From Verrucomicrobiota bacterium (lineage in GTDB: Bacteria > Verrucomicrobiota > Lentisphaeria > Lentisphaerales > Lentisphaeraceae): a stretch of DNA of 45,771 nt. Position numbers and translations under genes: made by a program. The stretch spans positions 1-45,771 of the forward strand of contig JBDKFG010000036.1 of the NCBI GenBank assembly GCA_039798785.1. Direction: 5' to 3'. Position 1 is the stretch's first letter; each line of letters opens with the position of its first letter. Shown one piece after another: positions 7,915-17,068 of this stretch. The notes under the pieces are model-generated. The model worked only from the letters and a program-made list of their open reading frames with translations, did not search any database and had not been told where the DNA came from.

Positions 7915-10900
7915 TTACTTACTCTTCTTCAGCAGCACCCGCCACAGGCCGGGGTTGCCGAGACGCTTGTCGAGCTCGCTCAAGGCGGGCTGGCTGGCCG
8001 CCGGGACGATGGCGGGGTTGAGCTGGATGGTCTGGGTGATTCGCTCAGGAAACCGTGGATTGCTCAAATCTATATCGCCCGTGCCGGGGCCGTGACCGAC
8101 GCTGACTTTGCCGAGAGCGCCAGGACCTTCCCAATTTAAGCGCGGCAGATCGCTGGCCAGTTGGTAGCCAGAAGGGAGATGGAGATCCCAGGTCAGCTTC
8201 TTGCGGACGATGCCGCCCTGCAGGAAGGGAGTGACGCGTCCATCGCCGCCGGCAGCGGAGAAGAGTGACTTCTCGGCCTGCGGCAGGTCGAAATAGAGGT
8301 AGTCGCCGGAGACGACCGCGAAGCGCGGCAGTTTGGCGATGTAGCTCAGCTTGCCGGGGTAGTTCAGGTCGAGTTCCATCTCGCCGCCGGCGACGGCGTC
8401 GGGCGCGAGGGCGGCGAGCTGCTCCTGGTGGAAGCGGCGGCGCTCCTCGGGGCTCATGTCCTCGAAGGCGCGGCGGAAGCCGGCGAAGCTGGCGCCGGGG
8501 AAGCTCTGGCTGAGGGTGACCTCGGCCGAACCATCGGCGGCGACCTTGATCGAGCAGCGGCTCTCGTCACGGTTCTTCAGCACCGCGATCGACTGCGGCT
8601 GGCCGTCGAGACCGAGGGCCAAACAGCCTTCGAGGCTGGTGGTGCCGAGCTCGGAATACTGGTTCAGGTCGCTGAGGATCGTGCCGTCCTTGAGCTGCAG
8701 GACGAGCAGGTCGTAGGTGTTTGCGCGCAGCGGCTTGTCGGCTTCGAGCTGGGCGGCGGGATCGGAGGCGGCGAGGAGGAACTTCGCCTCGATGCCCTGG
8801 GCGGCGAGGAGGGCGGCGAGCAGGATCATCCGGTCGGCCTGGTTGCCGTAGCCGTCCTTGAGGGTGACTTCGGGGCGGCTCAGTGCCGAAAGGGGCAGCT
8901 CGGCAAGGCCGGGGCCGGCGCCGCGGATCTGCAGCGCGACGAAGTTGCGCAGGGCGATGATTTTCTCGCGGTCTGTCGGCGCGGTGATGTTCATTGCCAG
9001 CTTCGGCTTGAGGATTTCCGCCGCTTTCGCTTTGACGCTGTCATCACCTTGGCCGAGGGCGGCGATGGCGTCGCTCACCTGCTTGGCCAGCGAAGCGTGG
9101 GTCAGCGTCGAGACCTCGAGGGTTTCGGCGAAGGTCGACGCCGGGGCGATGCCCTTCTCGGCTTTCAAGGCGGACCAGGAGCCGGTGGCGACGAGGACCT
9201 GGTTGCCGTCTTTTGCGGACACCGCGAGCTGGTCGATGCTGTTGCGCTGCTTGAGCTTGACATCGGCGGGCGCGGCGAGGCTGAATTCCGCCTTGTGGCA
9301 GGGATCGAAGCCGATCAGGGCGAAGGCGTCGCTGAAGCCGAGGCGGTTCTTGCTGGTGAATTCGATTTCGGTCTCGATGATCGAGCCGATCTCGAGCTTG
9401 GGCAGGGAGACGACGAGGGACTTGCCGGCGGGGTAGCGCGGGGCGCTGGAGTTCCAGTCCTGGTCCATCAGGTTGATCTCTTTCGCCCCGGCCTCGGTCA
9501 CGCTGCCGTCGGCGGCGATCACCGCGGCGCGTTTCACCTTGACCTCCTCCCAGCCGGAGTTGAAGTCGATGCTGAGATCGCCGTTGGCCTTCTTGCCGGC
9601 GTAGTTGAGGATCTTGCGGCGCATCTTGACCGTCTTGACCCAGGAGCGGCCGTCTTCGGAGAGAATGGTCTTTTCATTCTGCTCGAGAATTTCCGAGCCG
9701 GTTTCAGCCGCGCTGGCGGCGAGGATGGGTTGGCGGCGCGAGCTGTCGGCGATGTCGGCGAGGGCCTGGCGCACCGCGGCGTAGCGGGCGACGGGGATCT
9801 CGGTGGTCTTCATCATCAGCTCGGAGGAGCCGGAGAGGACGCCGTCCTTCAGCTCGACCTGGCGCTGGAAGCCGAGGTCGGCGAGGTCGACCTTGGCGGC
9901 GGCGGGCAGCGACAGGGCGCTCGTGCTGCCGGCGGGCAGGCGGATGGCGAAGCTCTCGCGCAGGCCGCAGGGATAGGCGGTGTGCACCGGGAAGCGGCGC
10001 TTCTCAAGGCCGAAGTTGCCTTCGCTGAGCTGCGCGGCGATGGCGAAGGCGCCGCCCACCCAGGGGAGCTGGACGAAGTTCTGCTGGCCGGCGGCGACGA
10101 GGGCGCCGGGGAGCTTGTAGGAGACCTTCAGGCGCACCGGCTGGCTGATGTCCTGCATGTCCTTGGGGCTGAGCTCGAGGCTGGTCAGGCTGGCGCCCGG
10201 CAGCAGCGACTTGAGGCGGCGTTCGACGCCGGCGCGGATCTGGTCCGGCCGCGCCTCGGCGAAGGAGCCGCGCAGCATCTTGTCGTTCAGGCCGCTGAAG
10301 TCCCAGGTGGTGCTGGCTTCAAGCGAGCCGTCGGCGGCGATGGCGCCCTCGGTGCGGGCCTGGGCGATCGATTCCGTCGCGGCGACGGTCGGGCTGACGA
10401 GGATCGTCTCGCCTTCCGGCCGGGCGACGAGGAAGGATGCGTCCTGTAGGTAGTTTGGCAGCAGGTCGCGGGTCGATTCGTCGGTCGAGTCCATCAGCTG
10501 GTACTGGCCGCCGATCTCGACTGCGGTGATGGCGTGGTTGAACATCGGCATCGGGACGTCCTTGGGCAGCTTCGGGCCGGACATGATGATCACCGGGAAA
10601 GCCTGGAAGCCGGCCTCGCGCAGCATGGTGACCAGGAGCGCCGCCTTGTCGCGGCAGACGCCGTAGCGGTTGTCGAAGGTGAGGCTGACCTTGTGCGGCT
10701 CGTAGCCGGGGGCCTTGGCCTCGTCCATCACGCCCATGTAGCGGATCTCCTGCGAGACGAAGCGGAAGATCCGGCGGATCTTCTCCTCGTCGGAGGTCGC
10801 GCCTTGGATCAGTTCCTTCGCCTTGGCGCTGATCGCCGGAGTCGTGGCCATGTTCGGCGCGCACAGCTCCCAGTACCAGCGCGAGATCTCCTTCCAGTCG

Positions 10901-11703
10901 GCGGCGGTCGAGATCGCCAGGCGTTGGATGCAGGAGAAGGGCTCGGGCATGCCCGGCTCGGGCATCAGCTGCGGAATGTCCCTGCCTTCCCAGATCTGCC
11001 AGGTGGCGCCGTCGCGCTTCTCCTCGCGACGGACGATGCTGCCGGGGATCTCGTTCAGCACCTTGACGGACTTGAGCGGCATCTCGGCCGGGCCGCTCAC
11101 CTCGTAGCGCTGCCGCAGGATCGGCGCGTCGTTCTCGAAGCCGCACATGTCGGAGAACTTGCCCAGCACCCGCGGCTTCTTGCCGTCGGTGCGGGTCAGG
11201 ATGCGGACGCAGTCGCCGATCTCCAGGCCGGGCAGCGCGGCGGTGATCCGCTTGTCGTTCGGGTCGTAGATGTTCTCGGCCCGGCTCGAGTTGTCGACCT
11301 GCTCCTTGACGCATTGCGCCGGATCGAGGCGGATCACCTCGCCGTCCGCCTTCCAGATCTCCAGCCGCAACACCGCGAAGTCGGCATAGAAGACGTTGTT
11401 GCTGAAGCCGAAGGTGGAGCAGTCGCGGCGGCCCTCCTCAGTCAAGATCTTGATGAACTGCTCGCTCTGATTGAGGTCGGTGCCGTCCTTGCGGTATTGG
11501 ACGCGGGTGACCTCGTCGACATAGACCACCGCGGCGTCGGGATGGCTCTTGAGATCGGCCTTTCTGGCGGCGGCGAAGGCGGCCTGGGCGTCGATCAGCT
11601 CCGGCGCGGCGGCCTGGACCGCGACGGCGGCGGGGGCTTCGGTCGCGAGTGCCGGAACGGCGGCGGCGAGGATGAGGGCGAGGCGGAGGGCGGCGTTGTG
11701 CAT
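7915..11703 (-). CDS. Secreted protein with two DUF3857 + transglutaminase-like modules
   Basis: Signal peptide MHNAALRLALILAAAVPALA. Module 1 has LPGLEIGD, FVSQEIRY, GVCRDKA, FNHAI, MDST. Module 2 has LPKLEIGS and FVALQIR, with GYGNQADR at the catalytic position. Confidence 0.85.
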   Translation of the reverse strand: MHNAALRLALILAAAVPALATEAPAAVAVQAAAPELIDAQAAFAAARKADLKSHPDAAVVYVDEVTRVQYRKDGTDLNQSEQFIKILTEEGRRDCSTFGFSNNVFYADFAVLRLEIWKADGEVIRLDPAQCVKEQVDNSSRAENIYDPNDKRITAALPGLEIGDCVRILTRTDGKKPRVLGKFSDMCGFENDAPILRQRYEVSGPAEMPLKSVKVLNEIPGSIVRREEKRDGATWQIWEGRDIPQLMPEPGMPEPFSCIQRLAISTAADWKEISRWYWELCAPNMATTPAISAKAKELIQGATSDEEKIRRIFRFVSQEIRYMGVMDEAKAPGYEPHKVSLTFDNRYGVCRDKAALLVTMLREAGFQAFPVIIMSGPKLPKDVPMPMFNHAITAVEIGGQYQLMDSTDESTRDLLPNYLQDASFLVARPEGETILVSPTVAATESIAQARTEGAIAADGSLEASTTWDFSGLNDKMLRGSFAEARPDQIRAGVERRLKSLLPGASLTSLELSPKDMQDISQPVRLKVSYKLPGALVAAGQQNFVQLPWVGGAFAIAAQLSEGNFGLEKRRFPVHTAYPCGLRESFAIRLPAGSTSALSLPAAAKVDLADLGFQRQVELKDGVLSGSSELMMKTTEIPVARYAAVRQALADIADSSRRQPILAASAAETGSEILEQNEKTILSEDGRSWVKTVKMRRKILNYAGKKANGDLSIDFNSGWEEVKVKRAAVIAADGSVTEAGAKEINLMDQDWNSSAPRYPAGKSLVVSLPKLEIGSIIETEIEFTSKNRLGFSDAFALIGFDPCHKAEFSLAAPADVKLKQRNSIDQLAVSAKDGNQVLVATGSWSALKAEKGIAPASTFAETLEVSTLTHASLAKQVSDAIAALGQGDDSVKAKAAEILKPKLAMNITAPTDREKIIALRNFVALQIRGAGPGLAELPLSALSRPEVTLKDGYGNQADRMILLAALLAAQGIEAKFLLAASDPAAQLEADKPLRANTYDLLVLQLKDGTILSDLNQYSELGTTSLEGCLALGLDGQPQSIAVLKNRDESRCSIKVAADGSAEVTLSQSFPGASFAGFRRAFEDMSPEERRRFHQEQLAALAPDAVAGGEMELDLNYPGKLSYIAKLPRFAVVSGDYLYFDLPQAEKSLFSAAGGDGRVTPFLQGGIVRKKLTWDLHLPSGYQLASDLPRLNWEGPGALGKVSVGHGPGTGDIDLSNPRFPERITQTIQLNPAIVPAASQPALSELDKRLGNPGLWRVLLKKSK

Positions 11704-11776
11704 GATGGCTCCAGGGAAGGTTCGAGATCTTGAATTGACGTGATCGCTGGGGATTTTACGAATGAGCGCCGGAGGA

Positions 11777-14146
11777 TTAAGGGGTTTCATCGCCCCAGGA
11801 GAAGACGAAGAGAAGCTTGCCGCTAGACTTGCCTTCGGCATCGTGTTTGATGTTGATGAAATTGCCGAGGAAGGCGAAGCGGGATTCCTCTTTGGCGCCG
11901 GTGTTCCAGACGATCAAAGGGAAGATGTCGCGCTGGGTTTCGGCTCCTTCGGTGCGACGGCGATAGAGGTAGCGCAGGATTGAAGACTCCTGGACTTTTT
12001 CATCGCCTTGATGGGAGAAGAGGAGGCCGCGGAGATCCAGCGGGCCGAGTTTGAAGCCCAGCAGGTCGAAGCGGTGCTGATCGTTGTCGCGTTCATAGCC
12101 CCAAAGCAGGGGGAAGGAGCTGCCTGCCTGGTCGGTGCCGATTTCCTCCACCGGCAGGGCAGCGATGAGCTGGGCCAGGCTGGGATTGGCGGGAAGGCCG
12201 AGTTTGGCGAAGATTTCGCTTCTTGCCTTCATTCGTGAATCTTGACTTTGATTATCCAGCCACCACATCTTTGCCATGCGGTTCTTTGAGATTACGAAGA
12301 AGGCGCCATCCTTCTGCATTCCGAGTTCTTGCACATATTGCCGCAAGATTTGTCGCTCTTGCCAGTCAAGACCAGCATCCTTCTTGATCAAGAGTCGCGT
12401 CGTCTGTTTCTGCTCGGCGCCGAAGAAGAGCAGAAGGTGCTGTTCAGATTCTTTCAGCGTCAGATGGCTGTTGTCGAGCGCCAGGAAGAGCTTGGCGGCG
12501 GGGCTGAGTTGCTCGGGGATGTGAAACTGGTAATCACAAGAAGACTGCCACCACGGGAAGCTGAAGAAAAGCGAGGACGAGCCTTCGAGAGCTTGGGTGT
12601 TTTCGAAATTCCACAGGAGCCCCAGTAAGACACGGTCATTTTCCTTCGTCTGTTGATGGACGTCTTGGCTCAAGCTATATGGCCCTCGATGAGTATCCGG
12701 GAAAGTTTGAGTGCAGATAGAATCCGATTCCTTGACTTCGTGCTGATGGCTGTGGATGAGGCCGAAGTCATACCACCCGGAAGACTGGGACTCTTCGTCA
12801 TTGTAGGCAAAAAAGGGCGACAGGCGGTAGGCGCTGTGTTGCTGGCCTTTTGCGTCGGTCGCAGAGGTGGAGCCATACAAACCGGCCAGGGCCCAGGAGC
12901 CATTTTGATCGCCGCCGGCAAGAGGGAAGGCTCGCCAGGAGTAGTCGCCATTTTCCTGGCTTTCGTAGTTGCCGAGTGGCCAGAGGATGTCGGTCTCACT
13001 CCAGTCTGGACGGCTTTCGCGATGGAAGAGGGGACCGCCGAGAGTGAGTTCCGAGCGCTGGCCTTTCTCCTTGTCGATGTAAAGCGGCCACAAGACGCTG
13101 CGGTACTTCGTGTTGGCGCTTTTCGACTGGAGGTAGAGGGGGCCGAGGAGATTGAACATTTCTTTGTCGCCCGAGCTCCAGCCGAGCAAAGGGGTGAGGG
13201 TGGTGCTGCCGATGTCATTCGATTCATGCCAATAGAGAGGCAGGAGACTGTGGCCGGAGGCGTCATCGTCGCGCCATTTGAACCACAGGGGGAAGATGCT
13301 TGTCGAAGCTGCCTTCGGGCCGTTCTCGAATTGCTGCCACAGCGGCGTCACCAGCTGCTTGTCGTCGCCATTGCGGTAGCTGAAGGCCAGGGGCGAGAGG
13401 AAGGTGTGACCCTCGCTTTCTTCGCGCTCATAATACCACAGGGGCAGGAGGTGGGAACGCTGCATGCCTTTGTCATCCCATTCCCACTGCGACAGGATCC
13501 ACAGGAGCTGGTATTCGTCGCTGGAGCTTTTGTCGAAGTAGTGGGAGATCAGGGGGACGACAGTGTAATCATCTTTGCGGTGCCAGTAGAGCGGGAACAG
13601 GGTGGTGCAGGGGTGTTTCTCGCTGCCGAAGTGCCAGTAGAGCGGGAAGAGACCGTAGTCGGCGTAAGCGTCGTTGGTATTCCACCAGGCGAGGGTGGCG
13701 AGACGATTGTCATCCAGTTTGCCGAGCAGGGGGAAGAGCCACCAATCCTGATTTTTTTTGTAGAAAGGGAAGATCCAAAGCTTCTGGCCAGAGTGGTGAT
13801 AGAGGGGGAAGAAGCCGCTTTTGTTCTTGTCCCAATAGGTGTTCAGCAGCCAGCCGTCGCCGTTGACCGGATTCCAGGCGCTGAGTGGGAAGAGGACTGA
13901 GTATTCATCCCCTTCCTGGTTGAAGAGCGGCCGGATGGCGAAGCCCTGTTTGTCCCAGTCGACGACTGGCCACAGCACCGAATGCTTGTCGAAATTGCGG
14001 TAGTAGAGCGGAAAGGCGTTGGCGCGCTCCTTATCCAAGGGGGCGACGCCGCCGACATCGGCGACCCGCATCATGCGATTGGACGAGGCGCAAGAGCTGG
14101 TGATCGCCAGGGCCAAGGTGACCGCGGCGGCAAAGATTTTTTTCAT
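11777..14146 (-). CDS. Lipoprotein with many aromatic 'xxPL(Y/F/W)' short repeats, function unknown
   Basis: Lipobox-like LAITSSC; about two dozen LFPLYW/LWPLY/IFPLW-type units; Trp/Phe-rich. Confidence 0.8.
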   Translation of the reverse strand: MKKIFAAAVTLALAITSSCASSNRMMRVADVGGVAPLDKERANAFPLYYRNFDKHSVLWPVVDWDKQGFAIRPLFNQEGDEYSVLFPLSAWNPVNGDGWLLNTYWDKNKSGFFPLYHHSGQKLWIFPFYKKNQDWWLFPLLGKLDDNRLATLAWWNTNDAYADYGLFPLYWHFGSEKHPCTTLFPLYWHRKDDYTVVPLISHYFDKSSSDEYQLLWILSQWEWDDKGMQRSHLLPLWYYEREESEGHTFLSPLAFSYRNGDDKQLVTPLWQQFENGPKAASTSIFPLWFKWRDDDASGHSLLPLYWHESNDIGSTTLTPLLGWSSGDKEMFNLLGPLYLQSKSANTKYRSVLWPLYIDKEKGQRSELTLGGPLFHRESRPDWSETDILWPLGNYESQENGDYSWRAFPLAGGDQNGSWALAGLYGSTSATDAKGQQHSAYRLSPFFAYNDEESQSSGWYDFGLIHSHQHEVKESDSICTQTFPDTHRGPYSLSQDVHQQTKENDRVLLGLLWNFENTQALEGSSSLFFSFPWWQSSCDYQFHIPEQLSPAAKLFLALDNSHLTLKESEQHLLLFFGAEQKQTTRLLIKKDAGLDWQERQILRQYVQELGMQKDGAFFVISKNRMAKMWWLDNQSQDSRMKARSEIFAKLGLPANPSLAQLIAALPVEEIGTDQAGSSFPLLWGYERDNDQHRFDLLGFKLGPLDLRGLLFSHQGDEKVQESSILRYLYRRRTEGAETQRDIFPLIVWNTGAKEESRFAFLGNFINIKHDAEGKSSGKLLFVFSWGDETP

Positions 14147-14233
14147 GCGGGGTTCATCCTTGATTCGGTTGCCTACAAAGAACCAGCTCTCTCACTCGAA
14201 GTTCAAGATCACAGTTCAAGGACTTAGTGAACT

Positions 14234-14286
14234 GGGGAGTGAGGGAGTGTTTTGACTCCTCCACTCCCTTCTCCCTGACTCCCTGA
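14234..14286. repeat. Intergenic inverted repeat of GGGAGT/ACTCCC units
   Basis: GGGGAGTGAGGGAGTG (14234-14249) faces ACTCCTCCACTCCCTTCTCCCTGACTCCCTGA (14255-14286). AGTTCAAG occurs twice just upstream. Confidence 0.7.
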
Positions 14287-14296
14287 AATGCCGTGC

Positions 14297-15262
14297 TCAA
14301 TCCTGCTCTTCGCGGCTTCCTTCGAGTTTGCCGATGAGGTCGACGAAGGCATCTTCGAGGCGGCGTTCCTCGCGGCGGAATTCGACCACTTGGTGGCCTT
14401 CGTTGAGCATGCGGCGGAGGGTGTCGCTGATCAGGTTGACATCGCCTTCTTCGATGGCGAGGCGGACGCCGCGGCTGTGGGTTTCGATCAGTTCGATGCC
14501 GGGGTTGAGGGTGATCCAGCTGGCGAGGTTTTCCGGCGGGGTCGAGGTTTCGACGTTGTAGATCAGCTTGGCGTGGGCATTGCGTTTCAGCGAGTCGGCG
14601 GAGCCGTGGTGGATCACTTTGCCGGCGTCGATGAAGAGCATGTCGGAGCACATCTCGGCGAGCTCGGTGAGGATGTGCGAGGAGATGAGGAGGGTCTTGC
14701 CTTCCTGGCCGAGGATGCGGATGAGGTTTTTCAGCTCGATGCGAGCTTTCGGGTCGAGGCCGGCGGCGGGTTCGTCGAGGATGAGGATTTCCGGATCGTG
14801 GAGGAGGGCGCGGGCGAGGCATAGGCGCTGCCCCTGGCCTTTCGACAGCTTGTCGATGGAGCGTTCCTGCAGCTCGACCAATCCGGTGAATTCGAGGACT
14901 TCGGCGACCCGGTTGCGGCGTTCCTGGCCTTTGAAGTCGAAGGCGCGGGCGAAGAAGTCGAGGTATTCCCAGATGGTGAGGAATTCGTAGCGGCCGAAGT
15001 CGTCGGGCACCCAGCCGATGCGGGATCGGACGGCGTTGGGGTCGGCGATGGCGTCGAGGCCGCAGATCCGGATCTCGCCGGCGTCAGGCTGTTCGAGGGT
15101 GGCGAGCATGCGCATGGTGGTGGTCTTGCCGGCGCCGTTGGCGCCGATGAAGCCGGTGACGCTGCCGCGGCGGATTTCGAAGGAGATGTCCTTGACAGCC
15201 TGGACCTTGCCGAAGCTGCGCTTCAGGTTGCTGACGGAGATGGCGATGTCGGGCTGGCTCAT
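14297..15262 (-). CDS. ABC transporter ATP-binding protein (ABC-2/exporter type)
   Basis: Walker A GANGAGKTT, signature LSKGQ, Walker B LILDEPAAGLDP, H-loop ISSHIL. Start MSQPDIAI overlaps the upstream stop (ATGA). Confidence 0.93.
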   Translation of the reverse strand: MSQPDIAISVSNLKRSFGKVQAVKDISFEIRRGSVTGFIGANGAGKTTTMRMLATLEQPDAGEIRICGLDAIADPNAVRSRIGWVPDDFGRYEFLTIWEYLDFFARAFDFKGQERRNRVAEVLEFTGLVELQERSIDKLSKGQGQRLCLARALLHDPEILILDEPAAGLDPKARIELKNLIRILGQEGKTLLISSHILTELAEMCSDMLFIDAGKVIHHGSADSLKRNAHAKLIYNVETSTPPENLASWITLNPGIELIETHSRGVRLAIEEGDVNLISDTLRRMLNEGHQVVEFRREERRLEDAFVDLIGKLEGSREEQD

Positions 15263-16923
15263 GGGCGGGCCTCCTGGGCTTCGCCGAGGATGACGAGAGG
15301 CGCGGACTTCCATTCGATCTGGGTGAAGGTTTGCGGCACGAATTCGCCGGGCTCGCAAAGGAGGGCGAAGCTTCCATGCCGTTCCGGCAGGCTGAGTCCG
15401 ATATTCGCCGGCGAGCCGTCCGGCGCGTCCTTGAATTCGAGCTCGTCGCGGATCATTTTTTCAGCTTCATGCTTGGTGGTCGGGCTCAGCTCTATGCGGG
15501 CGCCAGGAGGACACGGGCCGCAGCAGAGCAGGACGCCATCGTGGTGGAAGACGCCGCCGCGGATGGCGACAGGCAGGGAGTTGCGATAGCCGCCGTCGGA
15601 AAGGCGTTCGATGCTGGCGCGGCTGGAGATGATCCGTTTCAGCGACTGCGTCTGCCGCGAGCGGCTGCGCAAGTGGTCGCCGAACACCTGTTGGCCGTCG
15701 CCGTGGAACTCCAGGGCAAAATCACCGCGGCCGGTGCCGTCGAGATTCTGGCTGAGGAGGGCGGAGCTGGGCAGCGTGCCGCTGCGGCTGGGCATCAGGC
15801 CGGTGACGCTGGTGTTGACCTGGTGCAGCACCATGCGCTGCTGGCGGGAGTCGAGGAAGGCGACGGCGTTGCTGCGGCCCGAGCCGCCGATGCCATCCAT
15901 GAGGAGAATGTAGATGCCGAGGAGGAGGCTGGCGACCACCGAGATCACCGGGGTGGTGATGAAGAGGAGGTGGCGTCGGCCGTCTTTGGCCCAGACCAGC
16001 AGGTTGAGGGGGCCGACGGCGATGGCGAAAAGGGTGAGGATGAGGCAGGGGAAGAAGAGCGAGGCTTCGGGAAGCGGCAAGTGCTCCTGCTGCTTGTTCA
16101 GGCTGTTGCCGACGAAATTGCCGAGCTGTTGCGCCTGAGGGGAAGCGTGGTCATCGGGAAGGGCTCCAGAGCTGAGGAAGCTGATCCTGCCGAGACCGGA
16201 ATAGGCGCCTGAGCTTTCCGATTTGAGGAATTCCTCCTGCACCTTGCTGTCATGGGGCGGCAGGAAGCCGAGGTGGCCGCCGGCGAAGACCCAGTCGCGC
16301 AGGGCTTGCTGGCGTTCTGCCGGCAGGCTGAGCCATTCAGAGGAGGACAGCGCGGCCTTGCGGAAGCCGCAGAGGCCCCGCCAGTCACTGGGCCAGGCTC
16401 GGGGTTCGAGCTCAAGGCAGATGTCGTTCGAGGAGGAGCTTGAGACGCCCGGCGACTTGCGGCCGCGGTAGGAGAGCGAAGTGTCGCTCGAGGCGAGGAC
16501 CGAGATTTGGGTTCCCGAACCGTAGTAGCGGCTCATGTAAAGGTTGCCGGTCTGGCCGCCCGACTGGATCCCGGGACCGCGCAGAGACCAGCTGAGATTG
16601 CTGCCCTCCACGTTGTAGCTTATCGGCAGGTCGAGGGTGACGCTGGCACCCGCGGCGACCGGAATTTCGCGGTTTTCATGGTTCTTGTTGGCGTCGCCGA
16701 GGGAGACTTCTAGCTTCCAGACTCCGTCGCGATCGGAACCGTTGCGGATCTCGCAACGGGCGACAGCGCAACCCAAGGTGTAGGGCGCTTCACCAGCATC
16801 TATGCGGCTGACCGAGGCCTCGATGCGGCTGGAGCTTTCGCAGGGTACGCGGTCCGACTTGGGTTGTTCGGCGGCGGCGGAGAGGGCAAGGACAAGGCTC
16901 AGAAAAAGTGGAATGAGACGCAC
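15259..16923 (-). CDS. Hypothetical membrane protein with exported N-terminal domain
   Basis: Signal peptide (GTG 16923, GGAG upstream); QQALRDWVFAGGHL segment; two TM helices (LTLFAIAVGPLNLL; LFITTPVISVVASLLL). Translationally coupled to the ABC ATPase. Confidence 0.8.
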   Translation of the reverse strand: MRLIPLFLSLVLALSAAAEQPKSDRVPCESSSRIEASVSRIDAGEAPYTLGCAVARCEIRNGSDRDGVWKLEVSLGDANKNHENREIPVAAGASVTLDLPISYNVEGSNLSWSLRGPGIQSGGQTGNLYMSRYYGSGTQISVLASSDTSLSYRGRKSPGVSSSSSNDICLELEPRAWPSDWRGLCGFRKAALSSSEWLSLPAERQQALRDWVFAGGHLGFLPPHDSKVQEEFLKSESSGAYSGLGRISFLSSGALPDDHASPQAQQLGNFVGNSLNKQQEHLPLPEASLFFPCLILTLFAIAVGPLNLLVWAKDGRRHLLFITTPVISVVASLLLGIYILLMDGIGGSGRSNAVAFLDSRQQRMVLHQVNTSVTGLMPSRSGTLPSSALLSQNLDGTGRGDFALEFHGDGQQVFGDHLRSRSRQTQSLKRIISSRASIERLSDGGYRNSLPVAIRGGVFHHDGVLLCCGPCPPGARIELSPTTKHEAEKMIRDELEFKDAPDGSPANIGLSLPERHGSFALLCEPGEFVPQTFTQIEWKSAPLVILGEAQEARP

Positions 16924-17068
16924 GACAAGCTCCGGGGCTGCTGGATTTCGACGAGGATCGAGGCCAAGATACGCCTGCTTGGTGGACAATTGCAAGTGGC
17001 CCCCTTCATGAAATCCTTTCGATGGTGTAGATTGTCCTTGAGTTATCAGCCCTCAATCAGGTGAATGC

